Made by a program: the position numbers and the translations under genes
Shown here: positions 27,774-37,346 of the stretch, piece after piece
Numbering within the stretch: position 1 is the first letter of the stretch
How the letters are laid out: the number at the start of each line of letters is the position of its first letter
Source: Clostridiales bacterium
Lineage (GTDB): Bacteria; Bacillota; Clostridia; Christensenellales; Aristaeellaceae
Assembly (NCBI GenBank): GCA_024683475.1
Contig: JAIKYG010000003.1
Location: 10,447 to 74,446, forward strand
Length of the DNA stretch: 64,000 bases
Direction: 5' to 3'
The notes under the pieces: model-generated
Database searches by the model: none
Seen by the model: only the letters and a program-made list of their open reading frames with translations
Told to the model about the DNA's origin: nothing

Positions 27774-29043
27774 CCGTGTTCCTTCCCGCGCGCGGGCGTG
27801 TTTTCTTTTTCCCGGCCCTCCGTATCAGTGCGACTATCGCAGCGGCAGACAGTATTGCCGAGGCGCCGAATACGTATTCGGCAAGATTGGGCGTATTGAT
27901 AAGCCCGAAGAATACCATGTCCGGAATGCTGACGGAAGAGTCGGTATCGTCTGTCCCGTCAGGATCCGTATCATCTTCCGTATCTCTGCCGGGCGTTTCC
28001 GATTTCGCGATCGCCGTCAGAGCAAACGGATCGGCACGTAAACTGAACGCTGTTCCGCTGTCTCTTATCCCGCACAGCTCAAGCTCTATAGCTGCAGTAC
28101 CGTCTATCATGTCCGTGACTGTTATCGGAACGCTTATGAAATCCCCGGGTTTCAGCACTTCGGGCAGCTGAGCGCTAACGAATGCCAGATTCGCGCGTAG
28201 CTCCGGCATCCTATAAGATACGTTGCCTTTGTTTTCGATGTTCAGAGTCAGCCTTATCTGAGCGCCGTCCGGAGTTTCGCCGCTGCCCGCAACGACGAGC
28301 GCGACTTCTTCCCGGGTCACCTCAAAAACGGGTTTGTTCAGATCAAACACGTATTTCTGACCGGATATGGCGCTTTCGCATTCCGCATGAGCCCGGAGCC
28401 CCTCAAGGTCACTCACCTTGATATCGGTCTCGTACGCAAAACTGTCCTGCGCAGCCAGGCTGAAACCCTCGGGAAGGACGCTGTTATCCCCGATAAAAAG
28501 CCTGGCGTTATTTATATCCGTATATCCGGTGTTTGCGAACACTATTCGCACAGGCACGGTCTCTTCCATAGCCAGCGCTCTGCCCGGCGCCACACAGTAC
28601 AGCGATGCTTCGACTTTGTCTTCAAGCTGTGTGAGATAACACATGGTCTGAGACAATGACTCTACGCCGTCGGAAAGATACAATACACTGACGGTCAGGA
28701 AACCCTTGGACAACGATTCTTTCGAGATCGTTATTTCGCCATCATAAACCAGAGTTTCGCCGGCGTTAAGTTCTTCGGTGAGAAGCGAGTTAACGCTGTC
28801 TGCCCTGAGCCTGATATCTTTTATGATAGTCTCGTTATCGTTTTTTACCTTGACGGTGATGTTCGTCTTCCCGGGAGCGTGGAATTTGTCGTTTTCAAGC
28901 TGCGCCGAGACGTTGACTTGCGCATGCGCCGCAAGAAACGATATGCCGCACAGCAAAACGCACAGTATAAGAACGGGTCTCAATGCAGAAAAACCCCTTC
29001 CTATACATCTGATATATTGTAACAAATTCGATGATTTTGTCAA
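27766..29043 (-). CDS. secreted, C-terminally membrane-anchored protein with CARDB/DUF11-like beta-sandwich modules
   Basis: It has a signal peptide (LILCVLLCGISFLAAHA). Repeated modules include NITVKVKNDNETIIKDIRL, VRIVFANTGYTDINNARL and IRLTLNIENKGNVSYRMPEL. An acidic linker is followed by a TM helix (VFGASAILSAAAIVALI) and a basic tail. Confidence 0.6.
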   Translation of the reverse strand: MTKSSNLLQYIRCIGRGFSALRPVLILCVLLCGISFLAAHAQVNVSAQLENDKFHAPGKTNITVKVKNDNETIIKDIRLRADSVNSLLTEELNAGETLVYDGEITISKESLSKGFLTVSVLYLSDGVESLSQTMCYLTQLEDKVEASLYCVAPGRALAMEETVPVRIVFANTGYTDINNARLFIGDNSVLPEGFSLAAQDSFAYETDIKVSDLEGLRAHAECESAISGQKYVFDLNKPVFEVTREEVALVVAGSGETPDGAQIRLTLNIENKGNVSYRMPELRANLAFVSAQLPEVLKPGDFISVPITVTDMIDGTAAIELELCGIRDSGTAFSLRADPFALTAIAKSETPGRDTEDDTDPDGTDDTDSSVSIPDMVFFGLINTPNLAEYVFGASAILSAAAIVALIRRAGKKKTRPRAGRNTDV

Positions 29044-29060
29044 GGCAAACTCCGGCGGTG

Positions 29061-29819
29061 TTAGGCGGTTTTTTCGGGTATGCGGCTGCGCAATTTCTCA
29101 GCCTGAGCATGCGTTATGGTCGCGAGTGCCGAGAAATTGCCCTTGACGCATTCCTCAATAAACGCGCGGGCTTTTTCGTAATTGCCGCGTTCATAGTTTA
29201 TCTTCGCTATATAGTACAGCGTTGCGACCTGAGAAGGCTTGGAATTGAACGCCTTGGAAAAGTATTCGTATGCCTTATCCGTATCACCCTCGGCGTAATA
29301 CAGCTGGCCTAAATTGTCCAGTATTCCCGCATCTTCTTCGTCGTATTCCAAAGCCGAGAGATTGAACTCTTCCGCCTTGGAAAAGTCTCCGGTCTGCTTG
29401 CCTTTTTCGATGTAGAAAAAGCCGAGAGCAGTGTAGATCATCGACGTCATGCCGTTGGATCCGGCGATCTCCAGATTCTCTATCGCTTTATCAAGATCAC
29501 CCAGCTTCCACTGATTGATTGCGAAATTGATCCGGAGCTGCTTTTTCTCTTTCTGATCCATTCCGCCCATTTTTTCGCTCATCAAAAGCAGATCACGGGC
29601 CTGTTCGCATCTGTCAAAGCGCATCAACAGCACCGCGTAAGCCATAAGGATATTGGGTTCCCTGTATCCCGCGTCATACGCTTTCTGGTAAAGCTCCAAA
29701 GCCTTAAGATGCTTTTCGGTGCCTTTTTCGATCTCCCTTTTTTCGACCAGCTGATTGCCCTGTACATGCATGGTATAGGCTTTTCTGGCTACAAACCTCT
29801 CTGCAAATTTGCCAAACAT
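29061..29819 (-). CDS. tetratricopeptide repeat protein
   Basis: Several 34-aa TPR-like repeats, e.g. ALELYQKAYDAGY, ALGFFYIEKG and LGQLYYAEGDTDKAYEYFSKA. Confidence 0.7.
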   Translation of the reverse strand: MFGKFAERFVARKAYTMHVQGNQLVEKREIEKGTEKHLKALELYQKAYDAGYREPNILMAYAVLLMRFDRCEQARDLLLMSEKMGGMDQKEKKQLRINFAINQWKLGDLDKAIENLEIAGSNGMTSMIYTALGFFYIEKGKQTGDFSKAEEFNLSALEYDEEDAGILDNLGQLYYAEGDTDKAYEYFSKAFNSKPSQVATLYYIAKINYERGNYEKARAFIEECVKGNFSALATITHAQAEKLRSRIPEKTA

Positions 29820-29820
29820 A

Positions 29821-30969
29821 TCAAAACTCCAACCCTTTCCTGTCTATCTTTGCCTTGATGCGCGCCCGGCGCTTTGTCAGTTCCTCTATCTCGTCAGTGT
29901 CTGCGGTCTCAAGCAGTTTATTGCATTGTATCAAAGCGTCTTCGAATCGTTTCAGGCGGTGCTCATACAGCTTGCAAAGCTCGAATACCGGAACGATGCC
30001 AAGCTGACGCCGTTTTATCATGTTTTTAAGTATAAGCTCGCAGGCATCGTATTCGCCCCTTCGGCGTGCGAGTATATACAGTTTAAGATTTGCCTCTCCT
30101 CTGTACTTTGCGTTTCTTATGTCGCTGACGCTTTTGATCGGTCTTGGCAACGAAGCCTTCAGATACAGCTTTTCGGCGGCGCGAATTTCTCCGTGTTTTT
30201 CCATATGCCGCCCCATGGAGAAAAGGTCCAGCTGTTCATCCAGTTTCTCTGGAGACGAATAACACTCGTTCAGCTTGACGAGCAGCAAAGCAAGAGTGTA
30301 TATATCCTGTCGGTTATGCTCTATAACATCATTCAGCAGAGTAACGTCCTGCGTTTTTATGCTTTCGAAATACCTTTGAGGTATTTCTCCGCCGGGAATG
30401 TCGTCTCTTTCTGGCAGCCCGAGGATTTTGGTTTCTATGTAGCCCAGCCGGCAGGTTCCAAGTCGCAGCTTCCATACCGTTCTGCTTGGATAAAGCAGAT
30501 CGAGCTGGTTTACGCTATCGGTGTAATCATCGATCCGCTTTAATACCAGCCTGTCGCGGATCAGGGGCATATCGAAGCGTTTCCCGTTGAAATGGATCAC
30601 TGTATCACAGCTGTCAAAGTCCTGCTTAAGAGCCAGCAGCATCTCCGTTTCGCAGGAATAATCCGGCATCAGATACTGTTTGACCACGAACCTGTCGTCT
30701 GAGACCCTGCCTACGCCTATAAGGAAAGCAACAGTCCCGGCTCCTCCGCTCAGCCCTGTGGTTTCCGTGTCTATGAACAGAGTCCGTTCCGGATCGAAGG
30801 TTTCCCCTTCATACCCCATCAGTTCAAGCGCGGCAGCGTCCATATGCCGTAAACCGGCAGGCGCGGGGTAAGTTTCTTCGTAAAGCTTTACGTTTGCGGC
30901 AGACTGCTTTTGCGGAGCGGCTGCCGGTCTCTCCATCAGGCTTAGCTTCTTGAGCAGGCTTGAGCCCAT
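29821..30969 (-). CDS. RNase H-like (YprB-type DEDD) exonuclease domain fused to C-terminal TPR-like region
   Basis: ExoI-like motif LFIDTETTGLSGGAGTVAFLIG and a later HNRQDI motif are present. The C-terminal 130 aa are helical-repeat-like. Confidence 0.6.
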   Translation of the reverse strand: MGSSLLKKLSLMERPAAAPQKQSAANVKLYEETYPAPAGLRHMDAAALELMGYEGETFDPERTLFIDTETTGLSGGAGTVAFLIGVGRVSDDRFVVKQYLMPDYSCETEMLLALKQDFDSCDTVIHFNGKRFDMPLIRDRLVLKRIDDYTDSVNQLDLLYPSRTVWKLRLGTCRLGYIETKILGLPERDDIPGGEIPQRYFESIKTQDVTLLNDVIEHNRQDIYTLALLLVKLNECYSSPEKLDEQLDLFSMGRHMEKHGEIRAAEKLYLKASLPRPIKSVSDIRNAKYRGEANLKLYILARRRGEYDACELILKNMIKRRQLGIVPVFELCKLYEHRLKRFEDALIQCNKLLETADTDEIEELTKRRARIKAKIDRKGLEF

Positions 30970-30970
30970 T

Positions 30971-32416
30971 TCAGCTCTTTCTCCAGGCCGAGGGACATGC
31001 GAGTATGAGCAGCGGATAAAATTCCAGCCTGCCCGCGAGCATAAGCATCGCCATTATGATCTTCGAAAGCGAAGGCAACGAAGCAAAGTTGCCCATGGGA
31101 CCGAGTTTCCCGAACGCAGGTCCGATATTGGACAGACAGGCCACAGAGCCGCTTATGGATTCGGCTATATCGCATCCGCTTACGGCAAGCGTTATCACGC
31201 CAACAGCAGCCAGCAGCATATACACGTAGAAGAATACGGATATATGGTTCAGCATCTCCTCGGGAACGCTCTTGCCGTCGAGCTTGATGACCTTGACTTT
31301 TCGGGGCGAGAAGGCTTTGACGATCTCGCGGGAAGCGAGCTTTGTGAGCAGGATAACTCTTATGAGCTTAAGACCGCCCGCGGTCGATCCGGCGCACGAA
31401 CCGACTATCATCAGAATAAACAATATGGCTTTTGAAAGCGTGGGCCACACGTCGAAATCAGCCGTTGAAAAGCCGGTAGTGGAAATAATGGACGATACCT
31501 GGAAGAACGAATATCTGAACCCCTCGCCTATGCTGTTGTTATATAAAGGCCGAATGTTGTAGGCGATGATCGTTACGGCAATTGCGCAGAGACCAAAGTA
31601 AACGAGAAGTTCCTGGTTTTTGAACGCCTGACGGAATTCGCGGGCGATCAGCCTGAAGTACACGGTAAAGCTTACGCCGAACAAAAGCATGAATATGCTG
31701 GTGACGATGTCTATCGCGACGCTGTTGTAGTATCCTATGCTAAGTCCCCTGTTGGAAAAGCCGCCCGTGCCCGCGGTGGAGATAGCGTGGATAAAGCTGT
31801 CGAACCAGTCCATGCCGCAGATTTTCAACAGTATGAACAGCATGAACGTAAGCACGGAATATATGATGTAAAGCAGCTTGGAGTTATCGCCGACTTTGGG
31901 CAGAAGCTTTGAATAACTGGGACCCGAGCTTTCGGCTTTGGCCAGGGACGAACTCTGTCCGTTCATTCCGGGCAGCACGGCGGTGGTAAGCACGAGTACG
32001 CCCATGCCGCCTATCCAGTGGGTGGCAGAGCGCAGGAACACGACGCTTCGGGACAATCCGTCGACATCCGTGATCACGGTGGCGCCGGTGGTGGTAAAGC
32101 CGCTGGCTATCTCAAAAAACGCATCGGCTACGCTGCATACGCCGCCGAATACCAGCGGAAGGCTGCCGAAAAACGAGATCAGCACCCAGCCAAGCCCCGC
32201 CACGGCCATGCCGTCTCGAATGTACATGCGCGTTTCCTGAGGCTTTAGGAACATGACAAGCGGCAATCCCAGCACGAGCACTATAGCGAAAGTGATCAGG
32301 AATGCCACGGCCATACCGTCCGAGTATGCCAGGCTTACCGCAAACGAAGGCAGCAATAATGCGCCTTCCATCAGCATCAGCTTGCCCAGCGTTCTAAAAA
32401 CAAGAGCTTTATTCAT
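30971..32416 (-). CDS. trkH: TrkH family potassium uptake protein
   Basis: About 480-aa polytopic membrane protein with repeated selectivity-filter-like TTGF/TAGTGGFS/STTGFST segments. It lies adjacent to trkA. Confidence 0.88.
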   Translation of the reverse strand: MNKALVFRTLGKLMLMEGALLLPSFAVSLAYSDGMAVAFLITFAIVLVLGLPLVMFLKPQETRMYIRDGMAVAGLGWVLISFFGSLPLVFGGVCSVADAFFEIASGFTTTGATVITDVDGLSRSVVFLRSATHWIGGMGVLVLTTAVLPGMNGQSSSLAKAESSGPSYSKLLPKVGDNSKLLYIIYSVLTFMLFILLKICGMDWFDSFIHAISTAGTGGFSNRGLSIGYYNSVAIDIVTSIFMLLFGVSFTVYFRLIAREFRQAFKNQELLVYFGLCAIAVTIIAYNIRPLYNNSIGEGFRYSFFQVSSIISTTGFSTADFDVWPTLSKAILFILMIVGSCAGSTAGGLKLIRVILLTKLASREIVKAFSPRKVKVIKLDGKSVPEEMLNHISVFFYVYMLLAAVGVITLAVSGCDIAESISGSVACLSNIGPAFGKLGPMGNFASLPSLSKIIMAMLMLAGRLEFYPLLILACPSAWRKS

Positions 32417-32417
32417 A

Positions 32418-33779
32418 TTACTTCAGCACATCCCCCAGGCTCGCAACGCCCTGACGTTTGGTCATTATCACGACGCGGTCGCCCACTTCTATCACGTCGC
32501 CGCCGAAAGGAACTATGACCCTGTTGCCCCTTACTATAACGGCAACGAGCGTATCCGGGTCGACGGTCAGGTCGGTCAGCGTCTTGCCGAGGTAGCTTTC
32601 GCCTTCCTTAACTATGAACTCCATCGCTTCGGCCTGTCCGCCCATGATCTGATACATGCGCTCCACGCCGGTCTTTTCGCCCGCGACGCGCGTCCTTACG
32701 GCTCTGAGCATTATGTTGCAGGCGATCTGGCTGGGACTGATTATGCTTTCGAGCCCCATTTCGGTCAGAAGCTGGGAATAGTTCAGCCGATTGCTTTTAA
32801 CTATGATCCTGGCGTTGCTGGAATGCGTAGCGTACAGACCCGCCATAAGGTTTTCTTCATCCCTGTCGGTAAGTACAACGAACGCGTCCGTGTTTTTAAG
32901 CCCTTCGCTTAAAAGCATCTCCTGGTCCATTCCGTCTCCGCAGATGACGGTGGTGCTGTGGAGCAGCTCGTCCAGATGCCTTGCCTTTTCTTCGTTTTGC
33001 TCGATCAGCTTGGTTTTGACGCCGGCTTCGTCAAGTATAGAGCACAGATAGTAACCTATGCGGCTCCCGCCGACTATCATGGCGTCTTTCGCGGCCTTGG
33101 TGTTCTTGCCGAGACTGCGGAAAAATGCGGTGACAGAGGCATAATCGGCGCATACGAAAATGCTGTCCCCTTCTCTGATTATGAAATCGCCCTTGGGGAT
33201 GATCGCTTTCCCCTGCCGCATGATGCCGCAGAACAGCACTCTCAGGTTCGCCGTGCGGTTGCGGAAGTATTCGCTCAGCGGAATGCCCACAAACGGTTCG
33301 TCGCCGTTTACGCGCATCTCTACCATTTCAACAAGTCCCCTCGCGAATGTCTCCACACCGCTGGCAGTGAACGGGAAGCGCAGCATCCTGCTTATCTCGC
33401 GCGCGGTGGCGCGTTCAGGATTGGCAACGTAATCGATACCTAGTTCCTGAGTGACGAAGCTCATGCTTTTCAGATACTCGGGATCTCTTATACGGGCTAT
33501 GGTATACTTGGCTCCCATACGCTTGGATATGATGCAGCACAGCATGTTGCTTTCGTCGGAGCGCATGGTGGCTATCAGTATATCCGCGTGCTTGATATCC
33601 GCCTCCTCGAGAGCGTTTATCGAAACGGCGTTGCCCTTGACCGGCAGTACGTCCAGATCTTCCACTCTGTCAAGAGCGACCTGGTCTTCGTCGATCACCG
33701 TAACGTCATGGTATTCGGCTGCAATGGTCCGCGCAAGCATGCTTCCCAATTTACCGGAACCTGCTATCACTATTCGCAT
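32418..33779 (-). CDS. trkA: Trk system potassium uptake protein TrkA (tandem RCK/NAD-binding)
   Basis: MRIVIAGSGKLGSMLA and a second MIVGGSRIGYYL Rossmann motif are present. Confidence 0.9.
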   Translation of the reverse strand: MRIVIAGSGKLGSMLARTIAAEYHDVTVIDEDQVALDRVEDLDVLPVKGNAVSINALEEADIKHADILIATMRSDESNMLCCIISKRMGAKYTIARIRDPEYLKSMSFVTQELGIDYVANPERATAREISRMLRFPFTASGVETFARGLVEMVEMRVNGDEPFVGIPLSEYFRNRTANLRVLFCGIMRQGKAIIPKGDFIIREGDSIFVCADYASVTAFFRSLGKNTKAAKDAMIVGGSRIGYYLCSILDEAGVKTKLIEQNEEKARHLDELLHSTTVICGDGMDQEMLLSEGLKNTDAFVVLTDRDEENLMAGLYATHSSNARIIVKSNRLNYSQLLTEMGLESIISPSQIACNIMLRAVRTRVAGEKTGVERMYQIMGGQAEAMEFIVKEGESYLGKTLTDLTVDPDTLVAVIVRGNRVIVPFGGDVIEVGDRVVIMTKRQGVASLGDVLK

Positions 33780-33781
33780 AA

Positions 33782-34387
33782 CTATTTTCTGTTCTCCTTT
33801 TGTCTCACCGGGATAAGAGTCTTCGAGCTGCCGTTTGAGTTTATCGGCACTCGCTCGCGGACCTCCGGCAGGTGTTTTTTATCGTATTTCGCGTAATACT
33901 TCCGTTTTGCGGATAATACATATATTATCTTTATGATTGACCCGACGATCAGTATAGCGCACGCGGTCAGCCTGACATAGGTGTTGTAATTGACAAGCTT
34001 GAGTATGAGCGAGCGGCTCGGATCGTAAGCCAGTACGATGGTTCCTCCAACAAGCGTAGCGATCCCCGTGCGCATCCTGTGGGTCACTATGCCGAATATG
34101 CCGAGCAGACAGCTGAACGCAAGCACTATAAGCGTCAGAAAATCTCTTCTTGCTTCCGGTTCGCTCCATATGTCGCCCACAGTTTCGCCCAGCGTCGCTT
34201 TGCCCTGCTGTATCCGGTTAAACTCCACTTTGAGCAGTCCGTCCATCGCGTCCAGGCGTGTGAGAAAATCCCCCAGCGCCCAGATGAGCAAAACAAGCGC
34301 GCCGCACAGTACGGGTTCGCTTCCGGGCAGCGTTCGGGCTTTCAGCTTTTTTCTGACATATGCTTTTCTCGGGTCGTCGGTTCTCAT
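33782..34387 (-). CDS. hypothetical integral membrane protein (about 4 TM)
   Basis: Coding-like ORF, translationally coupled on both sides, with hydrophobic segments. No motif recognised. Confidence 0.5.
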   Translation of the reverse strand: MRTDDPRKAYVRKKLKARTLPGSEPVLCGALVLLIWALGDFLTRLDAMDGLLKVEFNRIQQGKATLGETVGDIWSEPEARRDFLTLIVLAFSCLLGIFGIVTHRMRTGIATLVGGTIVLAYDPSRSLILKLVNYNTYVRLTACAILIVGSIIKIIYVLSAKRKYYAKYDKKHLPEVRERVPINSNGSSKTLIPVRQKENRK

Positions 34388-34887
34388 CCTATCGTTAATG
34401 TGTCTATATATCGTGCTTGGTGGCCAGTTGCCGGCAGGAACACGTCCGTAAGATCAGCGGTGCGGATCTTTACGGAGAAGGTATTATCCAGCGGGTGGAA
34501 CAGCAGGTATTCCTCGCGTTTCAGTTTGCTGTCAATCAGGCATTCCGCTTTCAGATCCAAATCAAACAGCAATCCAAACGGGCTGACCGCGCCGGGATAT
34601 GTGCCAAGCAGCTGCCTGATATCTTCCTCTGATGCGAAGCTGAGCCTTGAATAGCCGGCGTTTTTGCTTACGACTCCCGTTTTGAAGGGAGTGCTGCCGT
34701 TCATCACGAGCAGGGCGTATGCGGAACGGTTCGTCGTAGTAAGCAGCAGGTTCTTGGGCATTTTCGCGCCCAGCAATTCCTCGGCGCGGGCGCATTCCTC
34801 TATGGAATACAGTTTATCATGCCTTGCCAGCTCGAAAGGTATCGAGAGCTCATTAAGCTTGTTAAGGACGGTCTCGGCGCGGGTCAT
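34384..34887 (-). CDS. YbaK/ProX-type aminoacyl-tRNA trans-editing deacylase
   Basis: Pattern ...IPFELARHD.LYSIEEC......GAKMPKNLLL......YALLVM.G...F. About 165 aa. Confidence 0.65.
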   Translation of the reverse strand: MTRAETVLNKLNELSIPFELARHDKLYSIEECARAEELLGAKMPKNLLLTTTNRSAYALLVMNGSTPFKTGVVSKNAGYSRLSFASEEDIRQLLGTYPGAVSPFGLLFDLDLKAECLIDSKLKREEYLLFHPLDNTFSVKIRTADLTDVFLPATGHQARYIDTLTIG

Positions 34888-35861
34888 GCTCTTCTCAGGT
34901 CTTTGCCCTGCAGCACCAGCCTGTCCCAGTAAGCCTTGTCCGAAAGGCGGGACATGATTCTTTCCTGATAGAGTTCCTTTATCTGAGGCTGCGTGAGGTT
35001 GGTGGCTATGACGGTTTTCAGTTTCCTGCCCATCCGCTCGTTTAAGAGCACATACAGGTATTCCTTGCTAATGTTGTTAAGCATGGGCTCGCTGCCCAGG
35101 TCGTCTATCAGCAGCACCGGGCAGGAAAGCATTTCGTCGAACACTTCGTCGGAATTCTCCAGGTGGAAATGCTTGGAGCGCATGTTCTCCAGCATCTGAT
35201 AGCTGGTCAGCTTTAATGTGTATACGCCCTTTTCCCGCAGACCCTTTTCGATGCAGTTCAGCAAAAACGTTTTGCCTAACCCGGTCTGTCCCTGCAGCAC
35301 GATGCCGGGCTTGTAACAGTTGGGGTAATCGTTCACCCAGTCCTTGCATGCCTGCATTACGCGCACCGCAAGCTGCCTTTGGGTAAGCTCCGGGGCGATC
35401 GGTTCGTCGGGGATCATGCCTGCGTCGAAGCGTTCAAAACTGTCTTCGTTGGCACCAAGATCCTGCAGCATTAGCTCATTGACTTTATCCTCAAAGCACT
35501 TGCAGGCTTTGGCAGGAATCGAACCGTATATGTATCCCGTATCACGGCATTCCGCACACTTGTAAGACGGAGCAAGCCAGTCTTCCTTAAAACCGTGTTT
35601 CACGAGCTCCGAGCGTATCCGGGTGTTCAGTTCACGGCCTGACGCTATCATTTCGCCGGATATTTCGCCGGCTTTAGCAGGCTCCAGAAGCGCCTGTTTG
35701 AGGCTCATGACAGGCAGTGCAGCGCGTTCCTTTAACAGCGCGTCTATCTCGGGGATGCTCTCCCTGATCTCGTTCTCGCGCTGATCTATCAGCTCTTCCC
35801 GCTCGTTTTTCAGTTTGTCAAAATACTTTTCGGCAAGTATTACGGCTTCCTGTCTGGTCAT
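34884..35861 (-). CDS. DnaC/DnaI-like helicase-loader AAA+ ATPase
   Basis: Walker A GQTGLGKTFLL and Walker B VLLIDDLGSE are present, with an N-terminal Cys-rich segment (CAECRDTGYI...CKCF). It lies next to a DnaD-domain gene. Confidence 0.8.
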   Translation of the reverse strand: MTRQEAVILAEKYFDKLKNEREELIDQRENEIRESIPEIDALLKERAALPVMSLKQALLEPAKAGEISGEMIASGRELNTRIRSELVKHGFKEDWLAPSYKCAECRDTGYIYGSIPAKACKCFEDKVNELMLQDLGANEDSFERFDAGMIPDEPIAPELTQRQLAVRVMQACKDWVNDYPNCYKPGIVLQGQTGLGKTFLLNCIEKGLREKGVYTLKLTSYQMLENMRSKHFHLENSDEVFDEMLSCPVLLIDDLGSEPMLNNISKEYLYVLLNERMGRKLKTVIATNLTQPQIKELYQERIMSRLSDKAYWDRLVLQGKDLRRA

Positions 35862-37292
35862 TTATTCACCCGACCTTTTTCGGTTCATCAGTTCGGTGTA
35901 ATCCGGCTTGAATTCGTCGGGATCGATATCCCGTTCGTCCATGGGGCGTTTTGTTTGCTCAGATGAGTGCGTAGAAGCAAAGCTGTCGTTATCGGCTTTG
36001 ATTTTTTCCAGAGTATTCAGGCCTTTTGCGCTCCAGGTCTTGATGAGTTTATCGATATACTTTATCGGGTTATCCGTTCCTTTTGCAAGCCCCGCCCCGA
36101 AAAGCACTGCTTCGGCCGGGATAAGCGCCGTCCAAAGCCGGATAAGTTTTATATCCCCCGCCGTGACGCGCCGGTCAAGCGCGCATTCCTCATAGACCTT
36201 GTTGAGCAGGTCCGAATAGTACTGCTGGGCGCTTCGCTCCTGTTCAACTTCTTCCATCGTGCTTATGCCGAGTTCTTTCCATTTTTCGAGACGCTTTTCA
36301 AGCTCTTCGAATGAGCGTCGATTGTTTTGGGAGCACCACTTTGCAGCTTCCTCGATAACTTCGAACTCGAAGCCCATCGCCGTAAACCTGGACATGGCGT
36401 CAAGCATCGCCGGAGTAGGCCTCGAGGCGATACCGAGATGGGTGATTATCTTTTTGACCTGTTCTCTGGCCGTGTCATTCGGATCGGTTTTCATGCCTTC
36501 AAGTATCTTGTCCAGATATCCGAAGGAAGGAGTTTCGCCGTTGACGGTCTTTTCGCAGGCTTTGATAATGTCTTCCTGGGAGAATCTCCATTCTTCGGTC
36601 CATTTTTTGACAAGTTTAAGCTCGTCCACCGATGGCTGCCTGCGCTGACCGAACTGTTTGAGCACGGCTTTTGCGGCTATGGAATAGGCTGATGACTTCA
36701 GCAGGAACTCCTGGGCGGATTCAAGATCGCTCACTCCGTTTTCGGCCCAGTTCACCGCGGTGTCGTTAAGCTGCTTGAACATTGTCCGCGTTCCGGGCAG
36801 ATGACCGCCGCGTTTTTCGACTTCCGTCCTGACCATAAACAGCGCAGTCTCCTGGGTTAGACCGTATACGTCGATCCAGTCGTTCGCCATGCGCAGTTCA
36901 TGCCCTTCCAGGATCAGGCCGGGCATAAATGTATGCAGTTCCCTGTAGTAAGAACGATTCCCGTAAACTCCCGTATCGTCATCTTCGGCAGAGTTCGAGG
37001 ATACTGGATCAATGAAACTGTAAGCGGGCGGGTTGTCGGCAGTCTTTTCGACGAGCCCTTCTCTCTCCCAGTGGCTGAATGCGTTTTTTATCGTCTGGAT
37101 GTCTATGTGCAGCACTTCCGACATCTTTTCCAAACTGTCGCACAGCGAAGGATACCTGCACACCATAAGGCCGTACAGGTATACCTTAACATAGTCTCCC
37201 GGGGCGGAAGGCATATTTTCAAGTATGAAAAGATTGTTTACGTTGGTTACGCCCAGCATTTCGCTGTTATCGGCGTATGAGCACAGCGGCAT
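35862..37292 (-). CDS. DnaD/DnaB(Bsu)-type replication initiation protein (DnaD domain-containing)
   Basis: N-terminal winged-helix-like region (FILENMPSAPGDYVKVYLYGL...) and a repeated DnaD-like C-terminal region (IKLIRLW, IKYIDKLIKTW). It is directly followed by the loader ATPase. Confidence 0.7.
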   Translation of the reverse strand: MPLCSYADNSEMLGVTNVNNLFILENMPSAPGDYVKVYLYGLMVCRYPSLCDSLEKMSEVLHIDIQTIKNAFSHWEREGLVEKTADNPPAYSFIDPVSSNSAEDDDTGVYGNRSYYRELHTFMPGLILEGHELRMANDWIDVYGLTQETALFMVRTEVEKRGGHLPGTRTMFKQLNDTAVNWAENGVSDLESAQEFLLKSSAYSIAAKAVLKQFGQRRQPSVDELKLVKKWTEEWRFSQEDIIKACEKTVNGETPSFGYLDKILEGMKTDPNDTAREQVKKIITHLGIASRPTPAMLDAMSRFTAMGFEFEVIEEAAKWCSQNNRRSFEELEKRLEKWKELGISTMEEVEQERSAQQYYSDLLNKVYEECALDRRVTAGDIKLIRLWTALIPAEAVLFGAGLAKGTDNPIKYIDKLIKTWSAKGLNTLEKIKADNDSFASTHSSEQTKRPMDERDIDPDEFKPDYTELMNRKRSGE

Positions 37293-37346
37293 CTGATGCT
37301 ACCTCATGATATGGATACTATATTGTACCACTTATATGAGTATATT

